Origin: an uncultured Clostridia bacterium
GTDB taxonomy: Bacteria > Bacillota > Clostridia > Christensenellales > Aristaeellaceae
DNA: 64,000 nt
Reading direction: 5' to 3'
Assembly: GCA_946543085.1 (NCBI GenBank)
Contig: CAMNLM010000002.1
Location: forward strand, 20,780-84,779
Shown here: positions 44,432-53,966 of the stretch, one piece after another
How the letters are laid out: each line of letters begins with the position of its first letter
Position numbering within the stretch: position 1 is the stretch's first letter
The notes under the pieces: model-generated
Told to the model about the DNA's origin: nothing
Seen by the model: the letters and a program-made list of their open reading frames with translations, nothing else
The model's database searches: none
Program-made: the position numbers and the translations under genes

Positions 44432-45838
44432 TTAATGTTCCTCCACGATGTTCCTCAGCCACACGTTCTTGCGCAGCAGCACATAGCCGAGGACGCACTT
44501 CACCCAGTCGCCCATCATCACGAACATCAGGACATAGACCACGTCCAGCTGCGTGAAGTGCGTCAGCAGGAAGGCGATGGGAACGGAAAGCACCCAGGTG
44601 CTCCCGCAGTCGAAGATGAAGGTGATGACCGTGCGGCCGCCCGCGCGGAGCGTGAAGTAAGTCGCGTTGAGGAAGGCGTGCTGCACCATGAAGAGGGCCT
44701 CCATCCGCATGAAGCGCGTCGCGAGCTCGCGCACCGCGTCGGAGGTGTTGTAGAGCTTCGGGAACAGCGGGGCGATGGACGCGTAGACGACGCTGATGCT
44801 CAGTGCGATCAGCATCGAGGTGAAGATCAGCTTGTTGTCTCTGTCCTTGGCCTCCTCCATCTTGCCCGCGCCGAGCAGCTGGCCGACGATGATGCTCACC
44901 GCCGAGCCCATGGTGAAAAACGCCATCATGAACAGATTGCCGAAGGTGTTGGAGATGTTTTTGGCGGCGATGACGTTCAGCCCGCGCACGGAGTAGCACT
45001 GCACGAGGAAGGACTGGCCGATGGACCAGAGCGCCTCGTTGAAGAGGAGCGGCGAGCCCTTCACCGTGTATTCCTTCACGAGATGGCCGGGCACGCGCAG
45101 CGTCTGATAGATGCCCCGCACCCAGGGGTTGCGCTCCCGGTGGCGGTGCGTCCAGATCACCACGATGGCCGCCTCGACGTAGCGCGCGATCACCGTCGCG
45201 ACGGCCGCGCCGACCACGCCCATCTCCGGAAAGCCCAGCCTGCCGTAGATCAGCAGGTAGTTAAAGCAGAGGTTGATCAGCACCGCCGTGATGCCCGCCT
45301 TCATCGGCAGCACGGTCTCCGAGCATTCGCGGAGCGTCGACGCGTACACCTGCACAGCCATGAAGGGCGGAAGCCCCAGCAGCATCACGCGCAGGTACTG
45401 CCGCCCCCAGTGGAGCGCCGCCGCGACGTCGCCGCCGTCCGCCTCGCCCTGCAGGAAGAGGGAGATCAGCTTGTCGTCCGCGCCGATGAACAGGGCCAGC
45501 GCCACGCCGGTGATCAGCAGTCCCAGGATGATCTTATAGCGGAAGGTGTGGCGGACGCCCTCCTGGTCGCCGCGCCCAAAATACTGCGCGGTGAAAATAC
45601 CCGCGCCGGCCAGTCCGCCGAAGATGCACAGGTTGTAGACAAAGAGCAGCTGGTTGACGATGGCGACGCCGCTCATCTGCTCCGTGCCGACCTGCCCGAC
45701 CATGACGTTGTCGAGCATAGACACAAAGTTGGTGATGGCGTTCTGCACGAGGATCGGCACAGCCACCGCCAGCACCAGGTGATAGAAAGCCCGGTCGCCG
45801 ATATACTTTTTCCGGAACGAAGCGAATAAAGACTGCAT
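44432..45838 (-). CDS. MATE-family efflux transporter
   Basis: 468 aa with 12 TM helices. The N-terminus has the ... ILVQNAITNFVSMLDNVMVGQVG ... pattern typical of MATE/NorM. Confidence 0.88.
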   Translation of the reverse strand: MQSLFASFRKKYIGDRAFYHLVLAVAVPILVQNAITNFVSMLDNVMVGQVGTEQMSGVAIVNQLLFVYNLCIFGGLAGAGIFTAQYFGRGDQEGVRHTFRYKIILGLLITGVALALFIGADDKLISLFLQGEADGGDVAAALHWGRQYLRVMLLGLPPFMAVQVYASTLRECSETVLPMKAGITAVLINLCFNYLLIYGRLGFPEMGVVGAAVATVIARYVEAAIVVIWTHRHRERNPWVRGIYQTLRVPGHLVKEYTVKGSPLLFNEALWSIGQSFLVQCYSVRGLNVIAAKNISNTFGNLFMMAFFTMGSAVSIIVGQLLGAGKMEEAKDRDNKLIFTSMLIALSISVVYASIAPLFPKLYNTSDAVRELATRFMRMEALFMVQHAFLNATYFTLRAGGRTVITFIFDCGSTWVLSVPIAFLLTHFTQLDVVYVLMFVMMGDWVKCVLGYVLLRKNVWLRNIVEEH

Positions 45839-45892
45839 AAGAGATTGTCTCCCGTCGGGTTGGTGCGCGGAGAAGCGTTTCAGGCCGCCGCT

Positions 45893-46612
45893 TCAGGGCT
45901 CCAGCCCGAGCAGTTCCTCCTGGCATCCGCCGCAAAGGCGGTCGGCATAGGCCTTGTCAAACTGTTCCGTCAGCGCCTGGTGGCAGCGGAGCACATTGCA
46001 GGAGCGCGAGGTGGTGTTGTGCGCGTCGGAGGCGACCATGTCGATCAGCTCTTCCTCGAGCACCCTGCGCTTCCACCGGTCGCCCAGGAAGCCCAGCTTA
46101 CCGAGCACCGTGCCGCAGTTCATCTGCATCATCACGCCGAAGTCTTCCTTCAGCTCGCGCACCTCGCGGAGGCTCGCCCGCAGGGTCTGGTAGCGCTCGA
46201 TGTGCGCGAAGATGACCTGCATGCCCTCGTTGCCGAGGTTGCGCGCGGCCTCGCACAGCTCCTTGAACTTCACGTCCGGCAAAAACTCCACCAGCACCGT
46301 CCAGGTCTGGTCGAGGGTCGGAACGTAGCCCTCGTGGATCAGCCGGGGCGTCACGTCGGTATACATGATCTCCGAGCCGATATGCACGTCGATGCCGAAG
46401 CCCTGCTCCCGGCAGTAGGCGTTGGCCTTCTCCAGGTGCGAGAGGTAAACCTCCGCGGGAAAGCGCTTGTGCCCCGGCTCGATGTGGGAGGTGGCGATGA
46501 TGTGGCGCAGGCCGTTCTCGTGCGCAAGGGTCAGCATGCGGTGCATGTCATCCTCCGTCTGCGCGCCGTCGTCCACGCCGTATATGATGTGGCAGTGCAT
46601 ATCCACGAGCAT
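45893..46612 (-). CDS. CpsB/YwqE-type PHP-domain protein-tyrosine phosphatase
   Basis: MLVDMHCHIIYGVDDGA ... ATSH ... SDAH form the metal-binding His pattern of the CpsB family. The start was moved to ATG 46612. Confidence 0.83.
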   Translation of the reverse strand: MLVDMHCHIIYGVDDGAQTEDDMHRMLTLAHENGLRHIIATSHIEPGHKRFPAEVYLSHLEKANAYCREQGFGIDVHIGSEIMYTDVTPRLIHEGYVPTLDQTWTVLVEFLPDVKFKELCEAARNLGNEGMQVIFAHIERYQTLRASLREVRELKEDFGVMMQMNCGTVLGKLGFLGDRWKRRVLEEELIDMVASDAHNTTSRSCNVLRCHQALTEQFDKAYADRLCGGCQEELLGLEP

Positions 46613-46678
46613 GTTCTTCCCATCCTCCCGTTCGGTTCCGGCGCCGCGCCGGAAAATGCCGCGGACCGCGGCTGTGAC

Positions 46679-46707
46679 ATTATAGCAATCGCCACAGGGA
46701 ATGTCAA
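46679..46707 (-). promoter_or_regulatory. Consensus promoter upstream of the CpsB-like gene
   Basis: On the minus strand: TTGACA (46707..46702), a 17-nt spacer ending in TGC, then TATAAT (46684..46679). Confidence 0.65.
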
Positions 46708-46852
46708 ACGCCCCGGGAAATGCCCCCGACCCAGCCCTTTCCCGGCTCCGGGGAGGGAGGTCATTGGATAAGCAAAAGACGACGCTTCGCGCATGAAGAA
46801 GTCCCCTGCGTTCCCTGAGGCTCTGCGGAAGGCGGCCTGAAAGAGCGTCCTC

Positions 46853-46881
46853 CATCAGAAAAGGCGGAGCAAGCCCCGCCT
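46853..46881 (-). terminator. Terminator after mtaB
   Basis: On the minus strand: stem AGGCGG/CCGCCT followed by TTTTCTG. Confidence 0.5.
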
Positions 46882-46897
46882 GAAATCAAAATCCGTC

Positions 46898-48208
46898 TTA
46901 CGCGTTTTCCGCCGTTCCCGTCATACCGTCCCCAGTCAGCCCGTCCAGGCGCACGGCGACAGTCCTGCCCTGCTCGCAGCGGGAATCCGGGCTCAGCCTC
47001 ACCTCGATGTATTCCGGCGTATAGCCCATCCAGCGCCCCTCGGCGTCCCGCTCCTCCGGAATCACCCGCACGGTCTCCCCGAGCCAGCTCTCGCGATAGG
47101 CGCGGGAGGTTTCCCGGCCGATGGCGATCAGCTCGCGCACGCGGCGCTCCTTCTCCGCGCGGGTCAGCTGGCCCGGCATGCGCGCCGCCGCCGTGCCCTC
47201 GCGCGGGGAATAGGGAAAGACGTGGATGCGCGCGAAGCCGATCCGCCGCACCATCTCGCAGGTCTCGCGGAACTCTTCCTCCGTCTCGCCGGGAAAGCCC
47301 GTCAGCACATCCGTCGTGAAGGCCGCCCGCGGAAAGCTGCCGCGCATGTCCGCGACGCTCCGCTCAAACTCCGCCGCGCTATAGCGGCGCGCCATGCGTT
47401 TGAGCACCGTGTCCGAGCCGGACTGCAGGGCCAGGTGGAACTGGGGGCAAACCTTGTCCATCCGCGCAAGCTGCGCCGCGAAATCCGGCGTCGCGATGAC
47501 CGGCTCCAGGCTGCCGAGGCGGATGCGCTCGACGCCGGGCAGCGCCTGCACCTCGCGGATCGCGTCGAGCAGGAGCGGCCTGCCGGGCAGGTCCCGGCCA
47601 TAGCTGGTCAGGTGGATGCCGGTCAGCACGATCTCGCGGAAGCCCGCCTCCGCCAGGCGCGCCGCCTCGCGGCCGACCTCCTCCGGCGGACGGGAACGGA
47701 TCGGCCCGCGCACGCTCGGGATGATGCAGTAGGTGCAGTAATTGTTGCAGCCCTCCTGGATCTTGAGGATGGCGCGGGTGTGGCCTTCCTGGCTGGAAAT
47801 GGACAGCGGCTCAAACGGCGCCGAGCGCGTCATCGGCTCCACCGCGCAGAGCTGCTTTCCCTCGCGCACAGCCTCCTCCAGCAGGGACACGACCTCGCCG
47901 CGGCGCTGGGTGCCGAGGACGAGGCGCGCGCCGGTCTCCAGCAGCTCTTCACCCTTGCGCTGGGCGAGGCAGCCGCAGAGGACGATGTCGCTCGCCGGGT
48001 GCTCGCGGCGGATGTGCCGCGTGAGCTGGAGGGATTTGCGGTCGCCCGTGCCGGTGACGGTGCAGGTGTTGATGACATAGATGTCCGCGCTGCCGTCGAA
48101 GGGCACGACGGTGTAACCCGCGGCGCGGAAGCGCTCGAGCATGGCCTGGGTGTCGTATTGATTCACCTTGCAGCCCAAGGTGTGGAAGGCGACAGTGCGA
48201 TTGGACAT
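46898..48208 (-). CDS. mtaB: Radical-SAM tRNA methylthiotransferase, MtaB-like (YqeV)
   Basis: VAFHTLGCKVNQYDTQ (UPF0004 domain), the radical-SAM CNNYCTYC motif and a TRAM-like C-terminus. It sits after prmA-rsmE as in Bacillus (yqeT-yqeU-yqeV). An alternative ATG lies at 48223. Confidence 0.85.
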   Translation of the reverse strand: MSNRTVAFHTLGCKVNQYDTQAMLERFRAAGYTVVPFDGSADIYVINTCTVTGTGDRKSLQLTRHIRREHPASDIVLCGCLAQRKGEELLETGARLVLGTQRRGEVVSLLEEAVREGKQLCAVEPMTRSAPFEPLSISSQEGHTRAILKIQEGCNNYCTYCIIPSVRGPIRSRPPEEVGREAARLAEAGFREIVLTGIHLTSYGRDLPGRPLLLDAIREVQALPGVERIRLGSLEPVIATPDFAAQLARMDKVCPQFHLALQSGSDTVLKRMARRYSAAEFERSVADMRGSFPRAAFTTDVLTGFPGETEEEFRETCEMVRRIGFARIHVFPYSPREGTAAARMPGQLTRAEKERRVRELIAIGRETSRAYRESWLGETVRVIPEERDAEGRWMGYTPEYIEVRLSPDSRCEQGRTVAVRLDGLTGDGMTGTAENA

Positions 48209-48388
48209 AGGTCTTCTTCTCATCCCCGATCCCTTCCCGTCAGCGGGGAAGGGAATAGTTTCTTTGGCAGGCCGGAGGTCGCTTTCGGCGGGAAGGCGGA
48301 TCAGGAACTGCCGCCCGCTCCTTTTGGGGGCAGTCGGCGTTCCTCCTCATGAGCGCCCTGCAAGCGCTCCCGCGGAGGGATTCGGTCC

Positions 48389-49123
48389 TCACATCATTTC
48401 CCCGTACAGGCACATCAGCGCGCTGAGCGCGGCGAGGCCGGCGGTCTCCGTGCGCAGGATGCGCGGGCCGAGCGTCACGGGACGGCAGCCCGCCGTCTGC
48501 AGGGCTTCGATCTCCGCGGGCGTGATGCCGCCCTCCGGACCGATGACGACGGCCAGGGTGCGGATGTCCGGGTGTTCGGTGTGGAAGGCGTTCAGGCTGT
48601 AACCGCGCGCGTCCTCCCAGGGCACAACAGCCGCGTCGAAGCGGGACAGCTCCCGCGCCAGCTCCGCGGCCGTCACCGGCAGACCGACCGTCGGTTCCGC
48701 GCAGCGGCCGGACTGCTTGCAGGCCTCGCGGGCGATCTTCTGCCAGCGGTCCCGCTTGCGCGGCGCGCTCTCCGGCGTGAGGCGCACGACCGAGCGCTCC
48801 ATGGCGACGGGCACGACGGCCTCCGCGCCGAGCTCCACGGCCTTCTGCACGATCAGCTCGAGCTTGTCCGCCTTGGGCAGGCCCTGGAAGAGCGTCACCC
48901 GCAGGCGAGGCTCCGTCGTCGGCAGCTCCTCCAGCACGCGGACGCGCACGGCGTCCCGGACCGCGTCGGCGATCTCCGCGAGATAGCGGCCGCCGTCCGA
49001 GAAGAGCTCCACCGTGTCGCCGGGGGCGAGGCGCAGGATCTTCAGGGCATGGGCGGTGTCCTCAGGGGAGAGGCGGGCCATGCCGTCCCGCAGGGAGCCG
49101 GGTTCTGCGTAAAAGCGGTGCAT
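48389..49123 (-). CDS. rsmE: 16S rRNA (uracil1498-N3)-methyltransferase RsmE
   Basis: MHRFYAEP ... N-terminal PUA-like domain plus a SPOUT C-terminus (VVIGPEGGITPAE, LGPRILRTETA). Confidence 0.88.
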   Translation of the reverse strand: MHRFYAEPGSLRDGMARLSPEDTAHALKILRLAPGDTVELFSDGGRYLAEIADAVRDAVRVRVLEELPTTEPRLRVTLFQGLPKADKLELIVQKAVELGAEAVVPVAMERSVVRLTPESAPRKRDRWQKIAREACKQSGRCAEPTVGLPVTAAELARELSRFDAAVVPWEDARGYSLNAFHTEHPDIRTLAVVIGPEGGITPAEIEALQTAGCRPVTLGPRILRTETAGLAALSALMCLYGEMM

Positions 49124-49125
49124 GG

Positions 49126-50064
49126 TCAGGGCCTCCGGGAGAGCATGGCGACCCATTCGCCCTTGCGGCGGATCTGGAGCACCTCGTAGTTCGCGGCCTT
49201 CAGCGCGTCCAGCACGTCCTGCTCGCGCTCCTTGATGATGCCGGAGCAGATAAACAGGCCGCCGGGCACGATGTGGTGGGTCAGCGGCTCGGCAAAGCCG
49301 CAGATAACGTCCGCGATGATGTTCGCGACGCAGACCTCGCAGAGCATGTCCTGCCGGTCGAGGAGGTTGCCCTCCACCGCCGTGATTCTGTCCGAGAGGC
49401 CGTTGACCGCGATGTTCTCCCGCGCGACCTTCACGGCCACGGGGTCGATATCAATGGCCAGCACCTCGCGCGCGCCAAGCAGGGCCGCGCCGATGGCCAG
49501 GATGCCGCTGCCGGTGCCCACGTCGATCACGCGCTCGCCGCCGCGCAGGGCGTCCTCGAGCAGCTCCAGGCACATGCCGGTGGTCTCATGGGTGCCGCTG
49601 CCGAAGGCCATGCCGGGGTCGATCTCGATGACCTCGTCGCCGGGCTGGGCGTCGTAGCGCTCCCAGGTCGGCTTCACGACCAGCTTCTTGCCCGCGCGGA
49701 AGGGCTTGTAGAACTGCTTCCAGACCTCCGACCAGTCCTCGTCGCGCACATCTTTCGTCTCGACGGCGAGGCTTCCGCAGGCGGGCTGGGTGTCCTTCAG
49801 GGCAGCGAGGCGCTGCTTCAGGGCGGCCATCCGCTCCGGGAAGGAGGCGTCCGGCTCCAGCCAGGCGTGGACAAGCACGTCCTCCGGCATGGAATCGATC
49901 AGCTTCGGGTCGATGATTTCCCAATAGCCGTTGGGCTTGTCCGGGTCGGGGATGTCCGCGCGGTCCTCGACCATGGTGCCCGTGGCGCCTTCGGCCATCA
50001 GCTGTTCGGTGACCGCGTCGGAGCCCTCGGTGGTGGTGTGAACGATGATCTCTATCCAGTCCAT
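49126..50064 (-). CDS. prmA: Ribosomal protein L11 methyltransferase PrmA
   Basis: MDWIEI ... IDPGMAFGSGTHETT ... VIDVGTGSGILAI are PrmA hallmarks. Confidence 0.92.
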   Translation of the reverse strand: MDWIEIIVHTTTEGSDAVTEQLMAEGATGTMVEDRADIPDPDKPNGYWEIIDPKLIDSMPEDVLVHAWLEPDASFPERMAALKQRLAALKDTQPACGSLAVETKDVRDEDWSEVWKQFYKPFRAGKKLVVKPTWERYDAQPGDEVIEIDPGMAFGSGTHETTGMCLELLEDALRGGERVIDVGTGSGILAIGAALLGAREVLAIDIDPVAVKVARENIAVNGLSDRITAVEGNLLDRQDMLCEVCVANIIADVICGFAEPLTHHIVPGGLFICSGIIKEREQDVLDALKAANYEVLQIRRKGEWVAMLSRRP

Positions 50065-50245
50065 TGTCCTTCTCCTGTTTCCGGCGCGTCGCAGGCGCGC
50101 CTTTCAAGGGGTCCGGAGGACGCCTTCCCGCGGAAAGCGTCCCCGGCTGTACAAACGAATTCTTCTCTTCCCCCGCTTGCGGGGAGGGGCCGGGGGTGGG
50201 GCGTACGCGTTGCGGATGGCCAGCCTGAAAGGGCGAGCCAGGCCT

Positions 50246-51835
50246 TTACGGCCTGAAGCTCTCAATGCCGCGAAGGAGTTCTCCTTCGCGCACATCCCTG
50301 GCGGTGGTATACATCATCCGCGTCAGCACCGCGCCGGAGCGGTAGAACAGGCAGATGAACGGGCAGTCCTCCGCGAAGCGGCGCTGGATGTCCATGAGCT
50401 TGCTCTGGTAGGCCTGCTGGCTGACGCAGGCGCGCAGTTCCTTGCACATGTCGGTCATGTCGGAGGAGCGGTAGCGGCCGTAGTTGCCGGTGTTGCCGCT
50501 CATCAGCATGAAGCCCGGATCGGGGCACACGTCCATCGCGAAGGAGCACAGCGCCATGTGGAAGGAGCCCGCCGAGAGCTTTTCCTGGATGTCCAGGTAG
50601 GTGGTGGTGATGATTTCGACGTTCATGCCGATCTCCGCCAGCTGCTGCTTGATGACGTTGGCGGTCTCGATGCGCACGTCGTTGTCCGGCTCCTCGTAGA
50701 CGTACAGGCGCAGGTTCAGGTCGAGGGTTTCGCCCTCCTCGGTGAACTTGTCCAGCACGCCGTCCTCGTTGCTGTCGCCCCAGCCGTCCTCGGCGAGCAG
50801 GCGCTTCGCGGCCTCGACGTCGTTGACAAAAAAGCCGGAGAGGGTGTCGTTGTACATCCACGTGCCGGGAATCATCGGCGTGTCCGTGCGGTCGACCATG
50901 CCCATGTAAACGTTCTGGGCAATGTAATCCACGTTGACCGCGTAGCGGATGGCCTTGCGCACGGCCGCGCTCTTGAGCTTGGTGTAGCTCTGGTTGAGCA
51001 GCAGCACCTCCAGCTGGTTGGTGCGGTAGTCCAGGGAGAGGGAATTCATGCCGGATTTGTACTGCGCCGCGGCGATGGAGCGCGTGAAGATCGTGTTCAC
51101 CCGCGCGTACTCGTAGCTCTCGATCACGGCCTTCTGCGTGTCGTGGCAGACGAAGGAGATGGAGCGCACCTGCGGCAGGTTCTTCCACCAGTTCTCGTTG
51201 GCGTCCAGCGAGATGTAATCCCCCGGGGAGAAGGCGGTGACGATATAGGGGCCGCTGCCCGGCGGGTTGTCGCTGTCCACCAGCGCGGCGGGCAGCACGG
51301 GGAAGGTCATCGCGTAGAGCACGCCGAAATAGCTGCGGCCCGTGGGCGTGCGCACGACCACGGTGTAGTCGTCGGAGGCGGTGATCTTCGAGCAGAAATA
51401 GCGCAGGTTGGAGTAATACCCCGGCGAGGCGGAGCTCTCGTCCGTCGCGCGGGCAAGGATGTATTCCGCCGTAGCCACGATGTCCCGGGCCGTCAGCGGC
51501 GTGCCGTCGGAGAAGGTGACGCCGCTGCGGATATGGAAGGTCCACGTGCGCCCGCCGCCGCTCTCCTCCCAGCTCTCGGCCAGGCCGGGCTGGGGCAGGT
51601 AGTTGTCGTCGATGACGACCATCGACTCATAGACCAGACTGTAGACGCTGAGGATATCGCGCTCCAGCGGGTCGAGCGGGCGGAGCACGGGGGTCTTCGT
51701 GGACTGGATGCCCACCACCAGCGTGTCCCGCACGTTGGTCGCCTCAGCCACCTCCGGCGGGAGCGCCGGAAGCAGAAGCAGCGCCGTCAGCAGCGCCGTT
51801 ATACGCGTGATAATAGAGCGCGTCGTAGATGCCAT
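50246..51835 (-). CDS. ABC transporter substrate-binding protein, family 5 (peptide/nickel type), with no adjacent permeases
   Basis: A signal peptide is followed by SBP_bac_5-like blocks (LVYESMVVID, WTFHIRSGVTFSDGTPLTA, GPYIV). The 5' end overlaps the preceding gene by 92 nt. Confidence 0.83.
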   Translation of the reverse strand: MASTTRSIITRITALLTALLLLPALPPEVAEATNVRDTLVVGIQSTKTPVLRPLDPLERDILSVYSLVYESMVVIDDNYLPQPGLAESWEESGGGRTWTFHIRSGVTFSDGTPLTARDIVATAEYILARATDESSASPGYYSNLRYFCSKITASDDYTVVVRTPTGRSYFGVLYAMTFPVLPAALVDSDNPPGSGPYIVTAFSPGDYISLDANENWWKNLPQVRSISFVCHDTQKAVIESYEYARVNTIFTRSIAAAQYKSGMNSLSLDYRTNQLEVLLLNQSYTKLKSAAVRKAIRYAVNVDYIAQNVYMGMVDRTDTPMIPGTWMYNDTLSGFFVNDVEAAKRLLAEDGWGDSNEDGVLDKFTEEGETLDLNLRLYVYEEPDNDVRIETANVIKQQLAEIGMNVEIITTTYLDIQEKLSAGSFHMALCSFAMDVCPDPGFMLMSGNTGNYGRYRSSDMTDMCKELRACVSQQAYQSKLMDIQRRFAEDCPFICLFYRSGAVLTRMMYTTARDVREGELLRGIESFRP

Positions 51836-53111
51836 AGGCTCTTGTCACCCTCCCTGCGTAGGTTTTTGTGGGGCCCTCGGGCATGGTCTCAATGGCCTCG
51901 TTGCCGCCGAACGGCTTCAGCTTGCCGCTCTGAATCCAGTTGTTCACCGTGCCCTGGCCGGCGTGATACGCGCTGGTGACGCACACCGGGTCGCCGCCGA
52001 ACATCTTCGAGAGGTAATTCAGGTACCAGCAGCCGAAGCGGATGTTCGTCTCCGGGTCGTACATCATCTGGAAGCTGTAGCCGGAGACGTTCAGCTTGCC
52101 GTTGATCCATTCCGCGGTGTCCTCCATCAGCTGCATGAGGCCCCGCGCCCCGACGTTCGAGACCGCCGAGGGGTTGAAGTTCGACTCATTGAGGATGATC
52201 GCCGCCACATAGGACGGCTGGAGGTTGTATTCCGACGCGTAGCGCTCGATGTAGTCCCGGTAGTCCAGCGGGTGCCTGTCCAGGATCTGCTGGTAGGCCG
52301 CCTCCCGCGCCTCGGTCTGGCGGGTGATGTAGGCGGACATCATCGCGTGCGCCGCCAGCAGCGCCATGCAGAGCAGCAGCGACAGCGAGAGCAGCAGCGT
52401 CAGCCACCTCGGCATGCGGCTGGGCGTCCGGTCCAGGCGGCTCGCGCGGCGCGCCTCGTCCTCCGTCCAGTCCTCCACGCTGCCGCGCCCGGCGTGACTG
52501 CGGGCCACCGGCTGGGGAACGGCCTCGGCGCGATACCCGGGCCGCGCCTCGCGGGTCTCCTCCGGCGCCTGCGCGCTCCTCCGGCCGGCCCGGCTGCGCG
52601 CTCTCGGCTGCGGCTCGTCCTCCGCGCGGTACACCGGACGCGCGTCGTCCTCACGGCCCAGCCGCGCGGCGGGCGTCGGGACAGCCCGCTCCGGCTGCGC
52701 ATGGACGCGCGCCTTCCGCTGCGGGAAAGCCTGCTCCGCAGGGTAGAAAGCCTGCGGCTGCACCGCGCGCTGTTTCCCGGGCTGATAAGCGGACTGAGCC
52801 TGCGGCGCATAAGCTCCCTGCTGCGGCCGCGGCGTCAGCGGGGAAAAGCCCGCATTGCCCTGCGGTGCGGAAGCCGCCTGCCGCGTAGGATACCCGGCCG
52901 GGGTCTGCTGCGGATACGGATAGGCGGTCTGCATCTGCGGCGCATAGGTTCTCTGAGCGCCGGTCCGGCCCTGCGGCGCGGAAGGGCGCTGGGGCTGCAT
53001 AAACCCCTGCGGATGCCGCGGCGGAATATACTCCTGCGTCCGCCGCGCTCCGGAGGCAGCGGACTGCCCCGCGTAGCGCGCCGCCCGGCGCGGTCTCGGT
53101 TCCTGTTCCAT
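51744..53111 (-). CDS. Membrane-anchored lytic transglycosylase (SLT domain) with a Pro/Gln/Arg-rich cytoplasmic N-terminus
   Basis: The SLT catalytic region is AIILNESNFNPSAVSNVGARGLMQL ... AYHAG. A single TM (WLTLLLSLSLLLCMALLAA) is present. ATG 53111 follows the RBS AAAGGAGGG. Confidence 0.85.
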   Translation of the reverse strand: MEQEPRPRRAARYAGQSAASGARRTQEYIPPRHPQGFMQPQRPSAPQGRTGAQRTYAPQMQTAYPYPQQTPAGYPTRQAASAPQGNAGFSPLTPRPQQGAYAPQAQSAYQPGKQRAVQPQAFYPAEQAFPQRKARVHAQPERAVPTPAARLGREDDARPVYRAEDEPQPRARSRAGRRSAQAPEETREARPGYRAEAVPQPVARSHAGRGSVEDWTEDEARRASRLDRTPSRMPRWLTLLLSLSLLLCMALLAAHAMMSAYITRQTEAREAAYQQILDRHPLDYRDYIERYASEYNLQPSYVAAIILNESNFNPSAVSNVGARGLMQLMEDTAEWINGKLNVSGYSFQMMYDPETNIRFGCWYLNYLSKMFGGDPVCVTSAYHAGQGTVNNWIQSGKLKPFGGNEAIETMPEGPTKTYAGRVTRAYGIYDALYYHAYNGAADGAASASGAPAGGG

Positions 53112-53187
53112 TCCGCAGCCCTCCTTTCCCGGCTGTCTGATGCCCGAATGCCCGGACAGGCCTTCCTCTTTCCCTGTGAGAAACGCC

Positions 53188-53790
53188 TTATCTGGCTTGG
53201 TCCAGCTCCCGCTGATACAGCGGCCCGACCAGACTTGTAGTGTACCCGATGGAGCCGCTCGTGTCAATCACCACGTCCGCGCGGCGGGCCTTTTCGCGCG
53301 CGTCCATCTGGCTCCGCACGCGGGCCAGCGCGGCCTCGCGGCCGATGCCGTCCCGCGCCATCAGCCGCTCCAGCTGCGTCTCCTCCGGCAGCGACACGCA
53401 CCACACCGCGTCGCACAGGCGGTCGAGGCCCTTCTCGTAGAGCAGGGGCATGTCCAGCACGCACAGCGCCTCGCCCTTCGCGCGGGCCTCGTCCATCCGG
53501 CGCAGAATCTCCCGCAGGATCAGCGGCTGCATCACCGCGTCCAGGCGCTCCCGCGCCGCGTTGTCGCTGAAGATCAGCGCGCCCAGCGCCTTGCGGTCGA
53601 GGACGTCCGGCGCGGCAAACACGCTCCCGCCGAACGCCTCCCGGATGGCCGGCAGGGCCGCTCCGCCCGGCGCGGTCAGTTCGCGGGAGATGACATCCCC
53701 GTCGATGACAAAAGCGCCGAGGCGGCGCAGCTCAGAGGAAACATTGCTCTTTCCGCAGGCGATGCCGCCTGTCAGTCCGATGGTGCGCAT
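53188..53790 (-). CDS. coaE: Dephospho-CoA kinase
   Basis: IGLTGGIACGKS P-loop, with the length and blocks typical of CoaE. Confidence 0.92.
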   Translation of the reverse strand: MRTIGLTGGIACGKSNVSSELRRLGAFVIDGDVISRELTAPGGAALPAIREAFGGSVFAAPDVLDRKALGALIFSDNAARERLDAVMQPLILREILRRMDEARAKGEALCVLDMPLLYEKGLDRLCDAVWCVSLPEETQLERLMARDGIGREAALARVRSQMDAREKARRADVVIDTSGSIGYTTSLVGPLYQRELDQAR

Positions 53791-53818
53791 GGTGATGCTC
53801 CTGCAGTTGGTTCGTCGA

Positions 53819-53866
53819 TTTCTTCCGTCATTTGTACCGACATTTCTTCCGCCATATGTACCGCCA
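53819..53866. repeat. Imperfect 24-bp tandem repeat (21/24 identical) just upstream of coaE
   Basis: TTTCTTCCGTCATTTGTACCGACA (53819..53842) and TTTCTTCCGCCATATGTACCGCCA (53843..53866). Confidence 0.9.
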
Positions 53867-53966
53867 TGGCAGAAGTTTGCCGCCGCGCTTCAGCCCCGCG
53901 GGGAGGAAGACAGATGAAGTCTGCGATTCTTTGGAAGCCGCAGCCTCCGCGTGGATTGAACAGTTC

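Noticed and set aside
50065-50245. 181-nt spacer upstream of prmA with several short hairpins, checked for a T-box, a riboswitch or an rRNA-like element.
   Set aside because: There is no specifier or T-box motif and no recognisable riboswitch core. The hairpins are short and lack U-tracts. It is probably just a promoter and 5' UTR region.
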